64,000 nucleotides of DNA. Origin: Escherichia coli. Its GTDB lineage: Bacteria; Pseudomonadota; Gammaproteobacteria; Enterobacterales; Enterobacteriaceae. A program made the translations under genes and the position numbers. Positions 32,169 through 41,926 of this stretch are shown one piece after another. Below the pieces are notes generated by a model. It had not been told where the DNA came from. It saw only the letters and a program-made list of their open reading frames with translations, and did no database searches. Where the stretch lies: the NCBI RefSeq assembly GCF_044324785.1, contig NZ_CP172127.1; one strand, given 5' to 3'. The stretch's first letter is position 1; every line of letters begins with the position of its first letter.

Positions 32169-35100
32169 TGGCTGCACATCATGAAGTGCATTTTGAACAA
32201 TATATTACCGAGCAGTTGGTGAACAATGGCTGGAAAGAAGGCCATTCCTGCCACTATGACCAGCAACGCGCCCTTTACCCGCAAGATGTCATGGATTGGG
32301 TAAAGGCCACCCAGCCAGATGCCTGGCACAAACTGAATAAACTGCATGGTGTGAATGCCGAGCAGGTGCTGTTGGAGCGTTTGGAAAAAGCCCTCTCTTC
32401 CCACAAAGCTGGCAGTAAAACAGGTGGCACCATTAATGTGCTGCGTAAAGGCTTTACCATTGCAGGTTGCGGCACGATTGCCATGGGCCAACGCAAACCC
32501 GAAGATGCGCGCAATGAAGAGCGTATAGCCCGTTATGAGCACAACATTTTGCGCGTGGTGCGCCAACTGAAATATTGCCCGACTCGCGAGTGGGAAATTG
32601 ACTTGGTGTTCTTTATCAACGGTCTACCCGTTGCCACCGCCGAGCTAAAAACCGATTTTACCCAGTCGCTAGAATCGGCGATTGCGCAGTACAAAGAGGA
32701 TCGTCTGCCCGTTGACCCAAAAACCAAGCGTAAAGAGCCGCTGTTAACCTTTAAACGCGGTGCAGTGGTACATTTTGCCATGTCTGATACAGAAATCGCC
32801 ATGGCGACCAAACTGGCGGGAGAAAATACCTATTTTCTGCCCTTCAATAAAGGCCATGATGGTTCTACCTCTGATTTGCCCGTACACATCAACTTGCCGG
32901 GTGAAGATGGAGAGTATCCGGTCAGCTATTTTTGGCAAGAAATTGCCCAAAAAGATAATTGGCTACGCATTTTCTACAGCTTTGTGTATGTCGAAACCAA
33001 AGAGGTTGCCGATAGCAATGGCAAGGTTGAGCGTAAGGAAACACAGATTTTTCCGCGTTATCATCAGTTAGCCGCAGTCAACAAGATGATTGATGATGCC
33101 CGCCAGAACGGCGCAGGCATGCAGTATCTTTGTGAGCACAGCGCCGGTTCGGGAAAAACCTCTACCATAGCCTGGACGGCCCATGATTTGATTCGTTTAC
33201 GCAGCACCGATGGTAAAGCGGTCTTTAAATCAGTGATCATTGTGACCGACCGCACCGTGCTGGATTCGCAGTTGCAAGATGCGGTGCAACAGCTGGATCA
33301 TCAATATGGGGTGATTAAGGTGATTGATCGCGAAAAGAGCAGCGAGTCGAAATCAAAACAGCTGACTGAAGCGCTATTGACTGGCACGCCGATCATTGTA
33401 GTGACGATTCAAACCTTCCCATATGCGTTAGAAGCGATTCTGACCAATCAATCTTTGGCACAAAGTAACTTTGCGGTGATCATCGATGAAGCACACACCT
33501 CGCAAACAGGCTCTACAGCCAAAGGGTTACGCGCAGCGCTTACTCTAAACCTTAGCCCTCAAGAGTTGGAGCAAATGAGCATTGAGGACATTCTTACTAA
33601 GGTGCAAGAAGCGCGCGCCATGCCCAAGAACGTTTCGCACTTTGCTTTTACGGCAACACCCAAGCACAGCACCAAGATGTTGTTTGGCCGCCCGAAAGAC
33701 CCTAACCAACCAGTGTCAGATGACAATCTTCCTGAATCGTTCCACCTCTACACCCAACGTCAGGCCATTGATGAGGGTTTTATTCTTGATGTGCTGGAGA
33801 ATTACACCCACTACGATACAGCCTACAAAATTGGTGAGAACAATCTGGATGAGAAGCGCGTAGACAGCAAACAAGCTCGCCGCGCGTTGGCGCGCTGGAT
33901 GTCACTGCACCCAACCACGGTCAGCCAAAAAGTCGAATTTATTATTAAGCACTTCAAGGCCAATATCGCTCACCTACTGGAAGGTGAAGCCAAAGCCATG
34001 GTGGTCACATCGGGCAGGCCACAGGCGGTGAAATACAAGCTTGCTTTTGATAAATACATTAAAAAGCATGGTATTGAAGGTATCCAAGCCTTGGTTGCCT
34101 TCTCGGGCAAAGTCCCCGGCAAAGATTTGGGTGATGAAGACAGCCAAGACCCGCTAGAAATTGATTTCGATAAAGAGTACACCGAGTACAACTTAAACCC
34201 AGACACGCACGGGGCTGACCTGCGCCATGAGTTTGAGAAAACCGAATATCGCGTCATGTTAGTCGCCAACAAGTTCCAAACGGGCTTTAATCAACCAAAA
34301 CTGGTTGCCATGTATTTGGATAAGAAAATATCCGATGTAGAAGCGGTGCAAACGCTGTCTCGCCTAAACCGCACCTATCCAGGCAAAGACACAACCTTCG
34401 TGATTGATTTTGTTAACGATCCACAAACCATTCTCAATGCGTTCAAAAAGTACGACAAAGGCGCGCAGCTTAATGAAGTGCAAGATGTGAACGTCATCTA
34501 TGACATCAAAGATATTTTGGATGAACAGAACATATACAACCATCAAGATTTAGAGTTGTTTAAGCAAGCGCGTGGTAAATCGATTCTCGGCCAATCACCT
34601 GACAAAAAGTCACACGCGCACAAGAAACTGCTAGCTGCCACACAACGCCCTACCGATGTGTTCAACGTTAAGCTCAAAGAGCTGGTTGATGCTGCAAACC
34701 ATTGGGATCAGCAATACAACAAAGCGCACCTTGCGGGTGATGAAAAAGCGGCGAACTACGCAGAATCTCAGCGCAGTGATTTCACCAAGCAGCGCGAAGC
34801 ACTAATGCGTTTTAAGTCAGATTTAGCTCGATTTGTGAAGCACTATAGCTATATGGCGCAATTGATTGAGTTTGGTGATCCTGAACTGGAAAACTTTGCC
34901 GCGTTTGCTCATTTGCTATCACGTCGATTGAAAGGGGTAACACCAGAAAACATCGATCTCAGTGCACTGGTACTAGAAAAATTCAAAATCAAATACGACA
35001 AAGAGCCGCTTCCAGAAGCGTTTAATCAGGTACTTGAACCTATCCGCCCCAACTATAACGACCCTGCGGATCGTGAACAGGCATTTCTTGCCGATATCAT

Positions 35101-35404
35101 TCGCCGCCTAAACGAACTGTTTGGCGATGTCGGCGACGAACCCGGTCGCCGAAACTTTGCCAACGGTACTATTACGCGTGTCACCCAAAATCCAATTGTG
35201 GTTGAGCAGATAGAAAAGCACGACAAGTCGATTGCCCTCAAAGGCGACTTGCCGCAAGCGGTGAAGCAAGCCGTTGTGCAGGCTCTGCTGAAAGAAGGTG
35301 ATATAGCCCGAACGCTACTCAAAGACCCACAAGTTATGGCAAGTTATGTTGAGTTGATTTTTGACATGATGAAGCAAGGTGCAGAACAGGCGGCGGTGAA
35401 ATAA
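32168..35404 (+). CDS. hsdR: type I restriction-modification system, restriction endonuclease/helicase subunit
   Basis: 1078-aa ORF with Walker A (SAGSGKT), DEAH-like VIIDEAH and helicase motifs; TAATG overlaps on both sides. Confidence 0.9.
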   Translation: MAAHHEVHFEQYITEQLVNNGWKEGHSCHYDQQRALYPQDVMDWVKATQPDAWHKLNKLHGVNAEQVLLERLEKALSSHKAGSKTGGTINVLRKGFTIAGCGTIAMGQRKPEDARNEERIARYEHNILRVVRQLKYCPTREWEIDLVFFINGLPVATAELKTDFTQSLESAIAQYKEDRLPVDPKTKRKEPLLTFKRGAVVHFAMSDTEIAMATKLAGENTYFLPFNKGHDGSTSDLPVHINLPGEDGEYPVSYFWQEIAQKDNWLRIFYSFVYVETKEVADSNGKVERKETQIFPRYHQLAAVNKMIDDARQNGAGMQYLCEHSAGSGKTSTIAWTAHDLIRLRSTDGKAVFKSVIIVTDRTVLDSQLQDAVQQLDHQYGVIKVIDREKSSESKSKQLTEALLTGTPIIVVTIQTFPYALEAILTNQSLAQSNFAVIIDEAHTSQTGSTAKGLRAALTLNLSPQELEQMSIEDILTKVQEARAMPKNVSHFAFTATPKHSTKMLFGRPKDPNQPVSDDNLPESFHLYTQRQAIDEGFILDVLENYTHYDTAYKIGENNLDEKRVDSKQARRALARWMSLHPTTVSQKVEFIIKHFKANIAHLLEGEAKAMVVTSGRPQAVKYKLAFDKYIKKHGIEGIQALVAFSGKVPGKDLGDEDSQDPLEIDFDKEYTEYNLNPDTHGADLRHEFEKTEYRVMLVANKFQTGFNQPKLVAMYLDKKISDVEAVQTLSRLNRTYPGKDTTFVIDFVNDPQTILNAFKKYDKGAQLNEVQDVNVIYDIKDILDEQNIYNHQDLELFKQARGKSILGQSPDKKSHAHKKLLAATQRPTDVFNVKLKELVDAANHWDQQYNKAHLAGDEKAANYAESQRSDFTKQREALMRFKSDLARFVKHYSYMAQLIEFGDPELENFAAFAHLLSRRLKGVTPENIDLSALVLEKFKIKYDKEPLPEAFNQVLEPIRPNYNDPADREQAFLADIIRRLNELFGDVGDEPGRRNFANGTITRVTQNPIVVEQIEKHDKSIALKGDLPQAVKQAVVQALLKEGDIARTLLKDPQVMASYVELIFDMMKQGAEQAAVK

Positions 35405-35958
35405 TGAATACTGCGTTTCGGGTTTTACTTACGTTCAATGCAACATCACTACTAGTGATTATCTTTGCGGTACAAAAAGGGTACTCACTCGGATATTTCT
35501 TTGGTGGTTTCGCTTGCTTCGATTGGATAGCAGCACTTCCGAACGCAGTATCATATTTACTCTATTTTCTTATCCCTGTTTTATCGACTGGATTGAGTAT
35601 TTGGCTGAGTAAGTATTTGGGTAAAGACGATTTTAAGGCGGGTGAAGTAGCGAGTATTGAGCATGCCAATAACAGCTTCCTACCAAGTTATTTGGGTTAC
35701 TTTTTCGTGGCGTTGAGCATTGGTAACTGGGAGACATTGTGGTTTGTTTATGGCGTTTTGTTTGTTTTTACTCTCTTATCGCAAGCACTCTACTTTAACC
35801 CATTGTTTTTACTGTTTGGTTATGAGTTTTATAACATTACAACCAAAAACGGAACGGCCATTTTCCTTATTAGCCGAGAGCGCTACAAGAAGCCAGATGA
35901 CATCGAAATATCATTGGCTTATCGAATCAATAATTACACATTTATCGAGCGAGGATAA
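35404..35958 (+). CDS. uncharacterised predicted membrane protein (about 4 TM), candidate defence-system component
   Basis: 184-aa ORF with four hydrophobic segments; start codon overlaps the hsdR stop (TAATG) and its own stop overlaps the next gene. Confidence 0.6.
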   Translation: MNTAFRVLLTFNATSLLVIIFAVQKGYSLGYFFGGFACFDWIAALPNAVSYLLYFLIPVLSTGLSIWLSKYLGKDDFKAGEVASIEHANNSFLPSYLGYFFVALSIGNWETLWFVYGVLFVFTLLSQALYFNPLFLLFGYEFYNITTKNGTAIFLISRERYKKPDDIEISLAYRINNYTFIERG

Positions 35959-36800
35959 TGATGGACCATGTACTGGCACATATAAAAACTAGAGCAAAAA
36001 AACGCATTTTCAAATTGGTTTCTGATCAATCTCTTTTTGATACCGTCACAATCGACTTAAATGCCTGTATTCCATACAATCCAGACCATAACCTTGACGA
36101 AGACTCATGGTTTAAAATTGAAGACTTTAGTCAAAAAGAGTTTTGTATTGAACTGCTAAAAAAAGACTATGATTCAAAAGACTACGATGACTTAACCAAA
36201 GATAACTTCGCCAAGATCGCCTACTTATTTGCAATTCAAGGTAATGATTTTTACTTTCAAAAAATCACTCCAAGCCTATTCGTAAAACGCAAAACGCTTG
36301 TTTTTGGTGAAGCCGCAGAAATTGAGAAGAGCCAAACACGTTTAGTAATAAACGCCTTACCTGATGCAGTGTACTTCAAAGTGGCCGATACCTTGATATT
36401 CAAAAATCTGGCAACGATCTCGAGCATTTTTAAAGGTATCGATGAGTTGTACAAGGAAGCAACAAAAGAAGAAGTTGAGCAGTTTTTAGATGCACAGTTT
36501 ATAGAGTTGGGTAATGACTACAACGTAGATAGCGTCTCAAAACCTAATAGAAAACGTATTGGCCTTGCTATGGCAACACTTGATGCGATGTCTGCTGACG
36601 ATAAAGCTAACATGCTTGATTATATCGACGGTTACTGCGGTGAACAGAAGCTGAAATTCGATAAAGAAAATCAGAAGTTTGAAATATCTAATGACGATGA
36701 GTTGAAGTTACTGCTTTATGGCATTGAACAACGCTTCTATACGACCCCGTTTGGCAAAGAAAAAAGGCTCGCTAACTCTGTAACCGCTATGGATAAATAA
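35958..36800 (+). CDS. uncharacterised 280-aa soluble protein, candidate defence-system component
   Basis: translationally coupled to the upstream membrane-protein gene (TAATG); AT-rich; no motif recognised by eye. Confidence 0.6.
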   Translation: MMDHVLAHIKTRAKKRIFKLVSDQSLFDTVTIDLNACIPYNPDHNLDEDSWFKIEDFSQKEFCIELLKKDYDSKDYDDLTKDNFAKIAYLFAIQGNDFYFQKITPSLFVKRKTLVFGEAAEIEKSQTRLVINALPDAVYFKVADTLIFKNLATISSIFKGIDELYKEATKEEVEQFLDAQFIELGNDYNVDSVSKPNRKRIGLAMATLDAMSADDKANMLDYIDGYCGEQKLKFDKENQKFEISNDDELKLLLYGIEQRFYTTPFGKEKRLANSVTAMDK

Positions 36801-36820
36801 TAGCCCATTATCAGTAACAT

Positions 36821-37870
36821 ATGAAGGTTGATTCAATGGCCGATAACATCCCACAAGCTCCTCAAGGTGAGTTTGTTCTTTTCACCAGTGCTGATGGTCA
36901 AACCCGCGTTGAGTGTCGTTTTGAGTCTGACACCTTGTGGCTTTCTCAGGCTGCAATGGCAGAGCTTTATCAAGTTAGCTCTCAAGCAATCACCCAACAC
37001 GTAAAAGCTGTCTATTCTGAAGAAGAGCTTGAGCAAATTTCAACTTGTAAGGATTACTTACAAGTTCAACTGGAAGGTGGCAGAGAAGTAAAGCGAAGCA
37101 TTCGTCACTACAGTCTTCCGGTTATTCTTGCAGTAGGATACCGAGTTCGCTCAACACGTGGCACCCAGTTCCGCCAATGGGCAACCAGAATGTTGCAAGA
37201 ATACCTAATCAAAGGATTCGTCATGGATGACGAGCGCCTGAAAAATCCGCCCATTGGCCATTCTGCTGTGCCAGATTACTTTGATGAAATGCTGGAACGC
37301 ATTCGTGATATCCGAGCTAGTGAGCGTCGCGTTTATCTGCGAGTCAAAGAAATCTTTACCATGGCTGCTGATTACGAGCCATCTAACCAAGAGACCAACC
37401 GCTTCTTCCAAACCATTCAGAATAAGCTGCATTATGCTTGTACGCATATGACGGCTGCTGAGCTTATCGCCAGCCGTGTGGATGCCAGTAAGCCGGATAT
37501 GGGCTTAACCAGCTATAAAGGCGATGAAGTGCGCAAGACAGACGTTACTGTTGCCAAGAACTATTTGCGTGAAGACGAAATCAAAGAGCTTAATCGCATC
37601 GTCAATATGTGGCTCGACTTTGCTGAAGACCAAGCACTGCGTCGCAAGCAGGTATTTTTACAGGACTGGGCCGATAAGCTTGACCAGTTCTTGAGTTTTA
37701 ACGATAGAGATGTATTAAACGGTGCAGGAAAAATCTCCAAGAAAGACGCTGATGACAAAGCGAAATTGGAGTTTGACCGCTTTGCCCAGCAGCGCCGTCG
37801 TTTAAAAGAAGCCGAAGGCGCACGGGCCAATATCGCAGCCCTCAAGGCCATACTAAAAAAAGATAAATAG
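36821..37870 (+). CDS. RhuM-family virulence/defence-island protein
   Basis: 349-aa ORF; N-terminal region (FTSADGQTRVECRFESDTLWLSQAAMAELYQVSSQAITQHVKAVY...VAYRVRSTRGTQFRQWATRMLQEYLIKGF) is typical of the RhuM family. Confidence 0.7.
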   Translation: MKVDSMADNIPQAPQGEFVLFTSADGQTRVECRFESDTLWLSQAAMAELYQVSSQAITQHVKAVYSEEELEQISTCKDYLQVQLEGGREVKRSIRHYSLPVILAVGYRVRSTRGTQFRQWATRMLQEYLIKGFVMDDERLKNPPIGHSAVPDYFDEMLERIRDIRASERRVYLRVKEIFTMAADYEPSNQETNRFFQTIQNKLHYACTHMTAAELIASRVDASKPDMGLTSYKGDEVRKTDVTVAKNYLREDEIKELNRIVNMWLDFAEDQALRRKQVFLQDWADKLDQFLSFNDRDVLNGAGKISKKDADDKAKLEFDRFAQQRRRLKEAEGARANIAALKAILKKDK

Positions 37871-37927
37871 CCGATATAGTACAGCCCTGATCTCTAATGA
37901 GTTGAGGGCTGTGTTGTAAGATCATAA

Positions 37928-38314
37928 CTATAAAGGATTATCCATCTTAAAATCGTCGATATCGCCTGTCATTTTGAATAGATTGGTGTCATTCCAACGG
38001 CACAGTTGTCTAACCCGCATTAGATTTGAGTTGGCTCTGCGGATTATTGAGAAAGCATCTTCAACAGCAGTAATCACCGATTTTTCCCAATCTTGTGCTC
38101 GGGTAAAGGTGCTTTGTGAATAGCGATAATTGCCCTCACGGGGGAGGTAATGGCTGATCACCTGGTATTTGTCAGAATTCTTTTTAGGTTTAAACTCGTT
38201 GTAAACCCAGAAAATTTCGAGTTTTTTGTTTCTTTGCCTTACACGACAACCAAAATGACCTGGGTAGCCTTCAGAGTTTTTACCTCTATGTGCAACGTTG
38301 TTCAGCCAGAACAA
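37928..38314 (-). CDS. hypothetical protein (start uncertain)
   Basis: 128-aa AT-rich ORF between the RhuM gene and an IS3-family element. Confidence 0.35.
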   Translation of the reverse strand: MFWLNNVAHRGKNSEGYPGHFGCRVRQRNKKLEIFWVYNEFKPKKNSDKYQVISHYLPREGNYRYSQSTFTRAQDWEKSVITAVEDAFSIIRRANSNLMRVRQLCRWNDTNLFKMTGDIDDFKMDNPL

Positions 38315-38403
38315 GTCTGCAATTTTTTGTGCTATGTAGAAGTAGCGGAGCTGTTCTATTTCGGTTGATTTATGGGTGTAGTGTAGATATTGCTCTGATA
38401 TGG

Positions 38404-38604
38404 TTAAGGAAAAAGCATTGCGTCGTCTTGATTAACATTTGTGCTATTGACAATAAAGGTTTCCCAAATATTAATTTGTGTTTCTAGTCCTTTAAATGAT
38501 TTTGAGAAGGCTTCTATGTACTCAGATTGCGGTTGATTTCCCCCATTTAGTGCTGCACCAAATGTAGCTATCTGTTGTTCTAAAAATGAATGATTTTTGG
38601 TCAT
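38404..38604 (-). CDS. hypothetical small protein
   Basis: 67-aa ORF from MTKNHSFLEQQ...; the longer ORF-track version runs into the IS terminal repeat. Confidence 0.3.
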   Translation of the reverse strand: MTKNHSFLEQQIATFGAALNGGNQPQSEYIEAFSKSFKGLETQINIWETFIVNSTNVNQDDAMLFP

Positions 38605-38682
38605 TACATAATCCTCTGTGTGGTTGATACTGCGTATTTTCATGAAAGGAGATCACTCAATAACCCCCCTGTGTCAGCATAG

Positions 38683-39225
38683 TTGTCGCCTCAATTTTTT
38701 AAGGAGATAACAATGCCAGGACAACCAATACCAAATGAGCTCAAAGAAAAAGGACTGATATGGCTTTTGCCACCATACTGTTGGTCACACCGTCAGATAG
38801 CCCGGAAGCTGAAGATCAGTGCCTCAGTTGTATCAAAATGGAGATGTGAGTTAGTGGAGCAAGGACTTTTACCTGAAAATGAAAAGATTACCTCCGTTGA
38901 TGTTGAAGACTGGACACCGGAGCGTCGATTCTCAGTTGTTCTTGAGACGGCTACGCTGTCAGAAATGGAACTTGCTGATTATTGCCGACGCATGGGATTG
39001 TTTGTTGAACAGGTTAAAGAATGGCGGGCTATCTCAATTCAGGCGCATGAAAAGAAATTGACGGAAAATATCCGAACAGACAGGGCATTGCGTGACGCAA
39101 AAAATAAGTTACGAGAACTGGAGAAAGAGCTTAAGCGCAAAGATAAAGCTCTGGCGGAAGCAGCTGCCCTGCTTATATTAAGGGAAAAGTTCAATGCCCT
39201 CTGGGACAACAGCGAGGAAGACTGA
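38683..39225 (+). CDS. IS3-family transposase OrfA (HTH, leucine-zipper-like C-terminus)
   Basis: 180-aa ORF with HTH and coiled-coil (LRELEKELKRKDKALAEAAALLILREKF). Confidence 0.7.
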   Translation: MSPQFFKEITMPGQPIPNELKEKGLIWLLPPYCWSHRQIARKLKISASVVSKWRCELVEQGLLPENEKITSVDVEDWTPERRFSVVLETATLSEMELADYCRRMGLFVEQVKEWRAISIQAHEKKLTENIRTDRALRDAKNKLRELEKELKRKDKALAEAAALLILREKFNALWDNSEED

Positions 39226-40252
39226 CCCCTCTCCTGGAGCGGCATAAAATTATTTCTCTTGTCCGTGAGGCCGTCGCCAACGGCGCCCGGAAAGGTCAGG
39301 CTTGTAGGTGTATCGGTATTTCTATTCGGACACTTCAGCGCTGGACTAATGGCAACATCATCACCACGGACCGAAGATCCGATACTGTAAACAGCTCTCC
39401 CCGAAATAAGCTGTCAGAAGCGGAAAGATTGCGAATACTGGAGTTGTGCAACTCTCCAGAGTTTGCATCCTTGCCTCCAAATGTGATCGTACCAACTCTG
39501 GCAGACAGAGGTATTTATATTGCTTCTGAATCAAGTTTTTATCGTGTACTGAAATCAGCCAAGCAGTTGAAGAAACGATCCCGTGAATGCCAGTATAAAC
39601 TGGCCTGATGTACTCAGGGCCGTTGCACCGAATCAAGTCTGGAGTTGGGACATCAGCTATTTGCCGTCCTGGGTCAGAGGCCAGCATTTTTACCTCTATA
39701 TGATCGTCGATATTTACAGTCGCAAAATTATTGCTGCTGAGGTATTTGCCAGCGAATCTGGAAAACATGCAGCAGAACTACTCCAGCGTGCAGTATGGAA
39801 TGAAAAATGTTCATCCAACAATCTGGTACTCCATTCTGATAACGGTGGTCCCATGCGCAGTGACACGTTGTTGGCGAAAATGTATGCGCTTGGTGTGCTA
39901 AGTTCTTATTCCCGGCCAAGAGTCAGTAATGATAATCCTTACTCAGAATCTTTGTTCCGGACTCTCAAATATTGTCCCTGGTGGCCTGAGAACGGTTTTC
40001 GCACTATTGATGATGCCAGAGTATGGGTAAACCAGTTTTGTAAACTGGTACAACTTTGAACATAAGCACAGCGGGATCAAATACGTCACGCCAGCCGAGC
40101 GTCATCAAGGTAATGATATGAAAATACTGGCGGCCAGAAAAGCAGTATACCAGCTGGCACGCGAACAGCATCCTGAACGTTGGGGAAAGCATCTACGTAA
40201 CTGGGACTACATATCAGAAGTCTACCTGAATCCAGAAAAAGAGGCTGCATAA
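39226..40252 (+). pseudogene. IS3-family transposase OrfB (DDE integrase core), at least two frameshifts
   Basis: pieces in three frames: ...RTLQRWTNG.../...PNQVWSWDISYLPSW...HSDNGGPM...YSRPRVSNDNPYSESLFRTLK.../...NFEHKHSGIKYVTPAERHQ... Confidence 0.75.
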
Positions 40253-40328
40253 CGTAATTTTATTACAAAAGGCGACAACTACCTTGAAAAACGCCGTTAT
40301 TGAGTGATCTCCTTTCATGAAAATACGC

Positions 40329-40870
40329 ACCATGACCATACCCTCTGCAACCTGACCATCGTAGTCACGCAGCGTCAGTGAACCTCCGAACAACTGTTTT
40401 ACCCGGTACATCGCTGTTTCCGCTATCGAACGACGGTTATAATCTGTTGTCCATTTACACCGGGCATTACTTCCGGTCAGCCGCTGATTAGCCACTGCAC
40501 GGTTACGGTCTTCGTATTCACCGGGCTAGTAACCCGCACCTTTTCGGGAAGGGGTAAGCGCGCTGATTTTCTTACGCCTCAGTTCATCGTGACAGAGTCG
40601 GGGGTCGTAAGCCCCGTCTACCGCTGCAGCCATGATTTTTCTGTGAGTCTGTTGGAGAAGCCCCGGGAAGGCTTCTGAGTCCGTGACGTTGTTCAGCGAC
40701 AGGTCTGCACAGACAATTTCATGTGTGTTGCCATCAACAGACAGATGCGACGCCCCTCTTTGCCGTGCTTTTTGGCTTTCCTTTCGCCTTCCCCAAAGAC
40801 TTTTAGCCCGTTGGAATCAATCACGAGGTGTATGATTTCACCCCGGGTGGGGATTTATGTATAAGAAACA
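40329..40870 (-). pseudogene. IS5-family (IS903-like) transposase fragment, truncated by the IS3-family element
   Basis: minus-strand translation contains ...NRAVANQRLTGSNARCKWTTDYNRRSIAETAMYRVKQLFGGSLTLRDYDGQVAEGMVM and upstream frameshifted pieces; ends exactly at the IS3-family element boundary. Confidence 0.6.
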
Positions 40871-40959
40871 GCGTATTCGTGAGGGGTGAGCCATGAATAA
40901 AATCCCTTTTGAAGTATTAATCCACTCTGAAAATGCATTAATCTGCGCAAAGGAAATGG

Positions 40960-41305
40960 ACGCGTTATTAATTAAGTTAATTGATATTCCGGAAAGTGGC
41001 GATAAAACATATTCGATGACGGACAGGCGACAATGTGGTTATCTGTGCTGGCGTTTGGCAGACAGGCCGAAGCACTGGCCAGACACCAGAAAGGCGAACT
41101 GGTAAGCGTGGCAGGTAACATGCAGGTCAGCCAGTGGACAGGGCAGAACGGGAAAACGCGGCAGGGACGGCAGGTTATCGCAGACAGCGTAATCAATACT
41201 CAAACGGTGCGGCCAGGAGGAAGCAGACGCGAAACCACAGGTACACAGGGTAATCAGCCACCAACGGGAGGCGACGCCACTTACGGAGATGATATACCCT
41301 TATGA
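40960..41305 (+). pseudogene. single-stranded DNA-binding protein (plasmid/island-type ssb) remnant, frameshifted
   Basis: SSB-like C-terminal part ...AFGRQAEALARHQKGELVSVAGNMQVSQWTGQNGKTRQGRQVIADSVINTQ... ending in acidic tail GDDIPL; N-terminal part out of frame. Confidence 0.55.
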
Positions 41306-41322
41306 ATTAAGCGGGGCGCAAC

Positions 41323-41643
41323 ATGAACAACAGCACACTGAAGAGCCGGACAATAAGCGACGCGACAGCGGAAGAACTCGAGAGCAGGGGACTGTGGCGA
41401 CGTGCTGCCAGAAGGTGGCAGGATGTGATGATTACTCTTGAGAAAGACAGTCACAGACAGCTTGCAGTAATGAGAGCAAGGGAATGTATCAGGAAGGCAA
41501 AACGCCCGATACCTGAAAGCCGTATTGATATTCATACAGTCAGAAAGGCCGCAGACAGGACAATACAAAAAATGGGGCTACCGTCGCTTACTGATGAAAT
41601 ATGGCGCGATTACCCTGATAGCGTTAACGATGACGGTTATTAA
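41323..41643 (+). CDS. small island-encoded regulator-like protein (possibly PerC family)
   Basis: 106-aa ORF with motif ELESRGLWRRAARRWQDVM; family assignment is from memory only. Confidence 0.35.
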   Translation: MNNSTLKSRTISDATAEELESRGLWRRAARRWQDVMITLEKDSHRQLAVMRARECIRKAKRPIPESRIDIHTVRKAADRTIQKMGLPSLTDEIWRDYPDSVNDDGY

Positions 41644-41926
41644 CTGGCGGGGGAAACACGATACCAGCGGGCGTGACTCGGGAGAATATATACCGCTGGT
41701 GGAACATTACCGGCCCTGATGGCTGGTGGCGTGCGTTACGACCTGAAAGACCATCCATGCGGGAAGGTGACACAGGAGCACCTGGCGAACGCGGGGAAGC
41801 GACTGGATGAGATTAAGAAAAAACAGCAGGAGCGCAGAAAAAGTAACCGTCTCATTAAAACGTCTTTCGCCTCCCTTTCCTGTTTCCTATGCTAATGTCC
41901 ATTTTCGCAGTAAAAGGACATTTACG

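Larger units (their letters stand above)
38632..40328 (+). mobile_element. IS3-family insertion sequence with a decayed transposase
   Basis: 33-bp terminal inverted repeats GCGTATTTTCATGAAAGGAGATCACTCAATAAC at 38632-38664 and reverse-complemented at 40295-40328; OrfA plus disrupted OrfB. Confidence 0.8.

Noticed and set aside
40893-41105. 70-aa ORF MNKIPFEVLIHSENALICAKEMD... upstream of the ssb fragment
   Set aside because: Its 3' half runs into the out-of-frame ssb remnant, so it is more likely part of the pseudogenised region than a separate gene.
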